From NCBI GenBank assembly GCA_030141605.1, contig JAQGDQ010000953.1:12876-76875 (forward strand): 64,000 nt of DNA, given 5' to 3'. Each line of letters starts with the position of its first letter. Position 1 is the stretch's first letter. A program made the translations under genes and the position numbers. A model generated the notes under the pieces. It did not search any database, was not told the DNA's origin, and was given only the letters and a program-made list of their open reading frames with translations. Origin of the DNA: Tubiluchus corallicola (taxonomy: Eukaryota; Animalia; Priapulida). Shown piece after piece: positions 58,718 through 64,000 of the stretch.

Positions 58718-59028
58718 TGTTGCGGAGCCCTCCCCTGGGGGCTGCCAGGGGGTCGAGGGACGCGAAGACGGCTGAGCAGTCAGCTTTCGTTGGCGCGCTT
58801 TGCATTCCACTAGGACGGAGTGCAGAGAAAGAAATACAAAAGATAAATAATCAGGTTCAAACTACGCCGTACCTACCCCAAACGACAATTCTGTTAAGCA
58901 CTGAAAAGAGCAGCACACATGGTGGACGTGAGCACGACAGAGACGTAGTAACCTACGTGCTCACCGCTTTTATAGCAAGTGACCTTGCGCATGCGCAAAG
59001 TCAACCTTGACCAAGCGTGGCCGCAACA
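58718..59028 (-). repeat. 3' LTR (311 bp)
   Basis: 8-bp inverted termini TGTTGCGG...CCGCAACA; TATAAAA on the minus strand at about 58968-58974; adjacent PPT. Confidence 0.9.
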
Positions 59029-59041
59029 CTACCCCCTTCTT
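59029..59041 (-). promoter_or_regulatory. Polypurine tract
   Basis: Minus strand AAGAAGGGGGTAG directly precedes the LTR TG. Confidence 0.85.
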
Positions 59042-60501
59042 AGCCTCCATTTGTCCTCAAATGGACTATCCTCTCGCTCAAAGGGGCTAGCAGAATGACG
59101 AATTAGTCCACCATGCATCCAACTCCCTTCATTACCTAAGGAAACAAAAATCGGTACAGGCATTTCTTTATTTCACACCTAATCACTTACGTTACATAAA
59201 TTCGGAATGTTCAAAAGTAATCTTCATTACACAAGTCATCTGTAATACTAGATACAACCAAACTGATAATTACAATTCGTTTATAAAGCATAACGTACGT
59301 AAGAATAAGTCACATTTGTTCGTAAATCAGATAACAACCGAATTAATAGCTGTTACAAGTATGAGAAAAAAGGTCACCAACTAATGTTTACTGCTCCTTT
59401 AATGTAGCAAATAGAAAGTTAAATAGACGTAAATGAGTTTGCACCAAGTCAAACAAAAACTAACTAATTATGCAAAGAAAATGAATAAATGAAATTATCC
59501 ATTGGTCCTTCCCACAATCTAGTAATCAGGCGAAAGCAGACCAATCTGGCTAAGATACCCAATAACGACAACGACAGGGCAAAGTAGGTACGGCTATGGC
59601 TACAAGAAATCAACAACGGGCAAATTAAAACGAGGTATTACTCAATGTTTCCACTGCACTGCTTCAAGGTCAAGATCCTGAAACAAACTGCAGTTAAACT
59701 CTTGCAGAAGCAAAATTAAACAAATAAACGTTAAACACAACGCCAAAAAATTTATAAAGTTTCTCCATAAGAACATGTACTTAAGAACGTCGATTCTACA
59801 GAAATGACGATTTCACTCAATGCAGTCAGATTTGCGCTGTATTCAGCACAGAAACAAGAATGTTTGAGAAACATAAATTGCCGAGATTACGTTTTAAAAG
59901 ACAAGCGTACTCTTTTCAACATAAACAGGATTTCTTTTCCTTTTTAACTAACCATTAAAATAACAGTAATTTCTTTCATACAAATTTCTTGTTAAATGGC
60001 AATAGAACAATTCACTAGAGAACAAAATAGCATAGCATTAACAATAATTACAAAAAAACGAATAACAGCCCAGTCTCACGATCAACCACTGAAAGTCGTC
60101 AAGAGTGAGATTTGACTTTACCTTTAATCAACGAATACTTTACCAACGGGCTTCGATCTCTGTCAGTCACGTCCACCGAGGGTGCGATGGGCTAGGTGCT
60201 GCTGGGAAGCTAAAATGAGGCCGATTCAAACAAACAATTGATTAGCGAAAACAATTCAAGTTTCAAAGATAATCAAACTAAGTACATTAACACCGTTGCA
60301 TGTTCCAGTGTCATAAAACACAAATAAGACAGTTTACAGTCATGTAGCTTACTAGACACTTCCATTCTTCTAAATTTTAGCAACTTCGGCATCATCTTTT
60401 CCAGCTGAATAGTAGTTTGTTGGCAATTCCCAAAATCCTGTGACGTAAAGACGTGAGAATAATTAGCATAGAGTGTAGGCGTTTTTTTTGCGTACCAAAC
60501 T

Positions 60502-63500
60502 TTAATCGTTGTAAGTTTTTAGGTAAAACATGCTGCGTGGAGGTGGTGCTCGCTCCAACAAAGTGCTTGTAGCATCGCTTACGTCATTGCTTGGTGAACC
60601 AGAAAACAATTTCTGACAGGGGCAGTTTGTCAAAATACATGGTTCTAATGGTACATCAGTTTCACGGAGTAGACGAGCAAATCGAGCATCTCGAGTCCGT
60701 GTCCCAATAGCTGTTGGATCATAAAAGATGTAGTTTCCAAGATTGGTGGGAGGGAGACGATTTCTACGAGGGTAGGATCTAACGTTAGAAGAAGGCTCTG
60801 GGTCATCAGCAGTTGCTACCGCTCCGTAAAAGGTAGTGGGAGTGAGGCAAGGTGGGGTACGAATAGAATCGCCCTGGTCCGGGATAAGAGGGGGAGAGGA
60901 TGTAACGTGGGCTAATGAGGGGTCATTTTCGTCTTCACTTTGCGTATCGAATTCCATAAGTTCGTAAAGAATAGTGGTTTCTCCACTATCTACTCCGCTC
61001 TGTGCATTTTTATGGCTTCTCTGAGAAGACTTCGTCGCAGAGCTAGTCTCACTTTCTGAGACTTCAGTCTCTGTGTCATTACTCGACAACAGACTTAATG
61101 GACCAGGCGAAGCTGGTTTTCTAGGAGTAGAAGTTCTTGGGTGGACAGGTGATAAAGGAGGTGGAGACGGAGCTTCCATGCGGTCGCTGGGGAAATAATC
61201 ACTAGTAGGGCTTTGCTGGGGCGACAGGGCAGGCGCAGAAAGGGTGTCACTACCAGGCACAAAGGCAGGTGAACGCGATGCAGTTTCTACGTCCGATTCT
61301 GAGATGCTGCTTCTATGCGGAGAGTATGGGGGTGGTGGTAATCCGAAAGAAACTGGAGCTTCAACTAAAGAAGTCTCATTGCTGTCCCCGGAAAACTCGT
61401 AATTAATAGTTGCTTGGCTATCTACTTGCGTGGAAGTACTCTGAACTTCTGGAGTACTCCAAGAAAAACCTTGCGCAGGTGTATACCGCCATAATCTGTC
61501 TGCGTGAACGACTTTGCAGCGTTTTGCTCCTGGAAGGCGTATGCGAAAAACTACTTCTGACAATTGCTTAACGATTTCGTATGGTCCTTGCCAATCTAAT
61601 TGCAACTTTGGCGACCGTCCAATTTTGCGCTGTGGATTGAAAAACCACACTAAGTCACCAGGTTTAAAACGTGGGGTCTTGGCTTTGACGTCATAACGTC
61701 TGCGCATTGTTTCGCCAGAAAATCGTAAGTTGTTACGAATGAAATGATGAACATCATACAAGTTGTTTTCAAGTTGTTTGACATGTTCTACTATGTTGCA
61801 AGAAGGGGTGTCCGAGGGAGGACGACCTGTAAGCAAGTCCAAAGGAAGACGAAGCTCACGGCCTAGCATTGCTTTTGCAGGAGTGAAACCTGTCGACTCA
61901 TGTTCTGCGGACCTGTACGCAAAAACAAACAGAGGTAATTTAACGTCCCAGTCACGCTGATGGGTGCTGCAAAACTGCGCTAATTGCCGAGAAATGACGC
62001 GTACATACCGTTCTGCGAGACCATCACTTTTTGGATTTAAAGGGGTAGTTCGCGTTTTCACTATGTCCAGTAACTCACAGCATTGCTGGAAAATACGCGA
62101 CTCAAAATTGCGACCTTGATCACTATGTATCTCCCCTGGAAGACCAAACCTACAGAAAAACTCGTTCACTAGGACTGAGGCAACAGTTTCGGCCTCTTGG
62201 TTCGGTATAGCAAAAACCTCAGGCCACTTTGTGAAATAGTCAATTGCAATTAGAATGTACTTGTTGCCTAAGTCTGAACGTACAAAAGGACCTGCAATGT
62301 CAATTGCAATTCGCTCCATTGGAGCGCCCACGCGATACATTTGCAGAGGTGCTCTTGGCTTTCTTTGTGGTCCTTTTTTACCACAACATTCGTGGCAAGA
62401 ACGGATCCACAACTTAACATCTTTTCGCATCCCTGGCCAAAAATAACGTTCACGAAGTTTTGCAAAGGTCTTATTTTGGCCAAAATGACCAGCAGATGCG
62501 TCACTGTGAAAACCAGTCAGTAGGCTTTCCCGAAAATTGCGGGGAACAATCCACTGATAACGTACAATGTTTCCCTGAGGAGACTCCCAGCGGCGCTGAA
62601 CAATGCCATTTTCAACACGCAAGGCTCCCCATTGTTGCCAGAGCGCCTTGGTTTCTGGACTCAATGCAGAAATTTGTTCCCAAGGTGGCTGTTGCTCAGT
62701 AGTTTGCAAAAAGCCAAGAATAGGGGCTATGTCCCTATCTTCAGCTTGTTCGTGAGCAAAATCTAAGTTTATATCGCGAAGCGTAGTTCCTGCTCTCGCG
62801 ATTTTTGCGCGTTTGGAATCCACAAAGGTTTCCGCGCTTGCTAAACAATGTTCGTGTAGCTCTTTTGGGTTTAGTACGAATTCATTTTCCGATTCAGTGG
62901 ATTCTGTACATTTACTTGAACAAAATTTACATTCAGCCTCACAAGGCCTGCGAGAGAGAGCATCTGCATTGTTGTGGTTTTTGCCAGACCTGTGCTCTAT
63001 GGAATAATCATACTGGTCCAGCTTTCCCAACCAGCGGGCAAGCTGACCTTCTGGCTTCTTCAAAGATCGAAGCCAGCGCAAGGCAGCATGATCAGTCCGT
63101 ATTAAAAACTGGCGCCCGTACAGGTAGTGATGGAAGTGATTCACTGCCTTTATTACTGCTAACAGTTCGCGCCGCGTAGCACAGTAATTTTGCTCTGCTG
63201 GTGAAAGAACCTGGCTATAATACGCAATTACATGCTCCTCCTCTCCTTGTAATTGTGACAAGACAGCTCCGACAGCGACACTGCTGGCGTCAGTGTCCAG
63301 AATGAATTGCTTATCAAACTGGGGGTATGCTAGAATTGGTGCGCTTGTCAACAAGTTTTTTAGACGCTCAAATGAACGCTGCTGGCTAGTTTGCCAAACA
63401 AAAGATTGATTCTTCCGCGTAAGTTGATAAAGAGGACTAGCAACATTAGCAAAATTTTGAATAAAGCGTCGGTAATAAGTACAAAGACCTAAAAAACTGC

Positions 63501-64000
63501 GAAGCTCGGAAATGTTAGTGGGCCGAGGCCACTTTGCAACGGCTTCCGTTTTAGCCGGATCGGTTTGAACTCCGACACTGCTGACTATATGGCCTAAGTA
63601 CAGCACTTGTTTTTGCACAAGCGTGCACTTTTTTGCATTGAGTTTAAGGCCAGCTAACCGAAATCGCTCAAAAACTTCTTGAAGTCGTAATAAATGTTCA
63701 TCAAACGTACGACCATAAACAATGACGTCGTCTAGATAAATTAAAACCGTACGCCAATGAAGTCCTGCCAGGACCTGTTCCATTAAGCGTTCAAAGGTCG
63801 CTGGCGCGTTTGATAAGCCAAAGGGCATTGATTTAAATTGCCAAAGGCCTTGGTGCGTAATGAACGCGGTTTTCTCTTTATCGTCTGGTGCCATTTCCAC
63901 TTGGTGGTATCCGGATTTTAAATCCAGAGTGGAAAACCACTCAGCACCGGACAACGCGTCTATTGAATCGTCAATACGCGGTAATGGATAATTATCCTTT
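60502..64000 (-). CDS. Gypsy Pol polyprotein (RT, RNase H, integrase, long S/P-rich tail), 5'-partial
   Basis: YPLPRIDD, LDLKSGYHQV, MPFGL, YLDD; TDAS...RELLA...TDH...ADALSR; H-x6-H...C-x2-C zinc finger, IDIAGP, SDQG, GLAER, WQGPY; no stops over more than 1150 codons. Confidence 0.96.
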   Translation of the reverse strand, partial: KDNYPLPRIDDSIDALSGAEWFSTLDLKSGYHQVEMAPDDKEKTAFITHQGLWQFKSMPFGLSNAPATFERLMEQVLAGLHWRTVLIYLDDVIVYGRTFDEHLLRLQEVFERFRLAGLKLNAKKCTLVQKQVLYLGHIVSSVGVQTDPAKTEAVAKWPRPTNISELRSFLGLCTYYRRFIQNFANVASPLYQLTRKNQSFVWQTSQQRSFERLKNLLTSAPILAYPQFDKQFILDTDASSVAVGAVLSQLQGEEEHVIAYYSQVLSPAEQNYCATRRELLAVIKAVNHFHHYLYGRQFLIRTDHAALRWLRSLKKPEGQLARWLGKLDQYDYSIEHRSGKNHNNADALSRRPCEAECKFCSSKCTESTESENEFVLNPKELHEHCLASAETFVDSKRAKIARAGTTLRDINLDFAHEQAEDRDIAPILGFLQTTEQQPPWEQISALSPETKALWQQWGALRVENGIVQRRWESPQGNIVRYQWIVPRNFRESLLTGFHSDASAGHFGQNKTFAKLRERYFWPGMRKDVKLWIRSCHECCGKKGPQRKPRAPLQMYRVGAPMERIAIDIAGPFVRSDLGNKYILIAIDYFTKWPEVFAIPNQEAETVASVLVNEFFCRFGLPGEIHSDQGRNFESRIFQQCCELLDIVKTRTTPLNPKSDGLAERYVRVISRQLAQFCSTHQRDWDVKLPLFVFAYRSAEHESTGFTPAKAMLGRELRLPLDLLTGRPPSDTPSCNIVEHVKQLENNLYDVHHFIRNNLRFSGETMRRRYDVKAKTPRFKPGDLVWFFNPQRKIGRSPKLQLDWQGPYEIVKQLSEVVFRIRLPGAKRCKVVHADRLWRYTPAQGFSWSTPEVQSTSTQVDSQATINYEFSGDSNETSLVEAPVSFGLPPPPYSPHRSSISESDVETASRSPAFVPGSDTLSAPALSPQQSPTSDYFPSDRMEAPSPPPLSPVHPRTSTPRKPASPGPLSLLSSNDTETEVSESETSSATKSSQRSHKNAQSGVDSGETTILYELMEFDTQSEDENDPSLAHVTSSPPLIPDQGDSIRTPPCLTPTTFYGAVATADDPEPSSNVRSYPRRNRLPPTNLGNYIFYDPTAIGTRTRDARFARLLRETDVPLEPCILTNCPCQKLFSGSPSNDVSDATSTLLERAPPPRSMFYLKTYND

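Larger units (their letters stand above)
58718..64000 (-). mobile_element. Ty3/Gypsy LTR retrotransposon, 3' half (continues past the window)
   Basis: Uninterrupted pol ORF, long 3' region, PPT and LTR in the correct order on the minus strand. Confidence 0.95.

Noticed and set aside
58717-59010. 97-aa ORF
   Set aside because: Coincides with the Gypsy LTR on the antisense strand; no coding signature.

Overview
AT-rich, intron-rich, transposon-dense animal (invertebrate-like) genomic DNA; nothing prokaryotic is evident. Spliced genes reconstructed by hand from GT-AG boundaries and phase: (1) the last four exons of argininosuccinate lyase (+, 7302-9540), whose upstream intron holds a three-layer DNA-transposon nest (hAT > Tigger/pogo > hAT); (2) a complete 11-exon gene of about 878 aa (-, 26490-13347) with the unusual architecture UBA - coiled coil - UBX - SHP box - BC-box/Cul2-box - LRRs, i.e. 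a candidate Cullin-2 substrate receptor carrying its own p97/VCP-recruiting module (top finding); (3) a complete 7-exon minimal matrix metalloproteinase with no hemopexin domain (-, 41360-34312); (4) two paralogous S1 serine-protease loci with hydrophobic C-termini (+) flanking the MMP, one clearly pseudogenised. Also present: an intact-looking Gypsy element running off the right edge (pol ORF, PPT, 311-bp LTR), a truncated Gypsy, BEL/Pao and LINE remnants, several MITE families, microsatellites and a 43-bp hairpin. All domain calls are motif recognition by eye; no database search was run.
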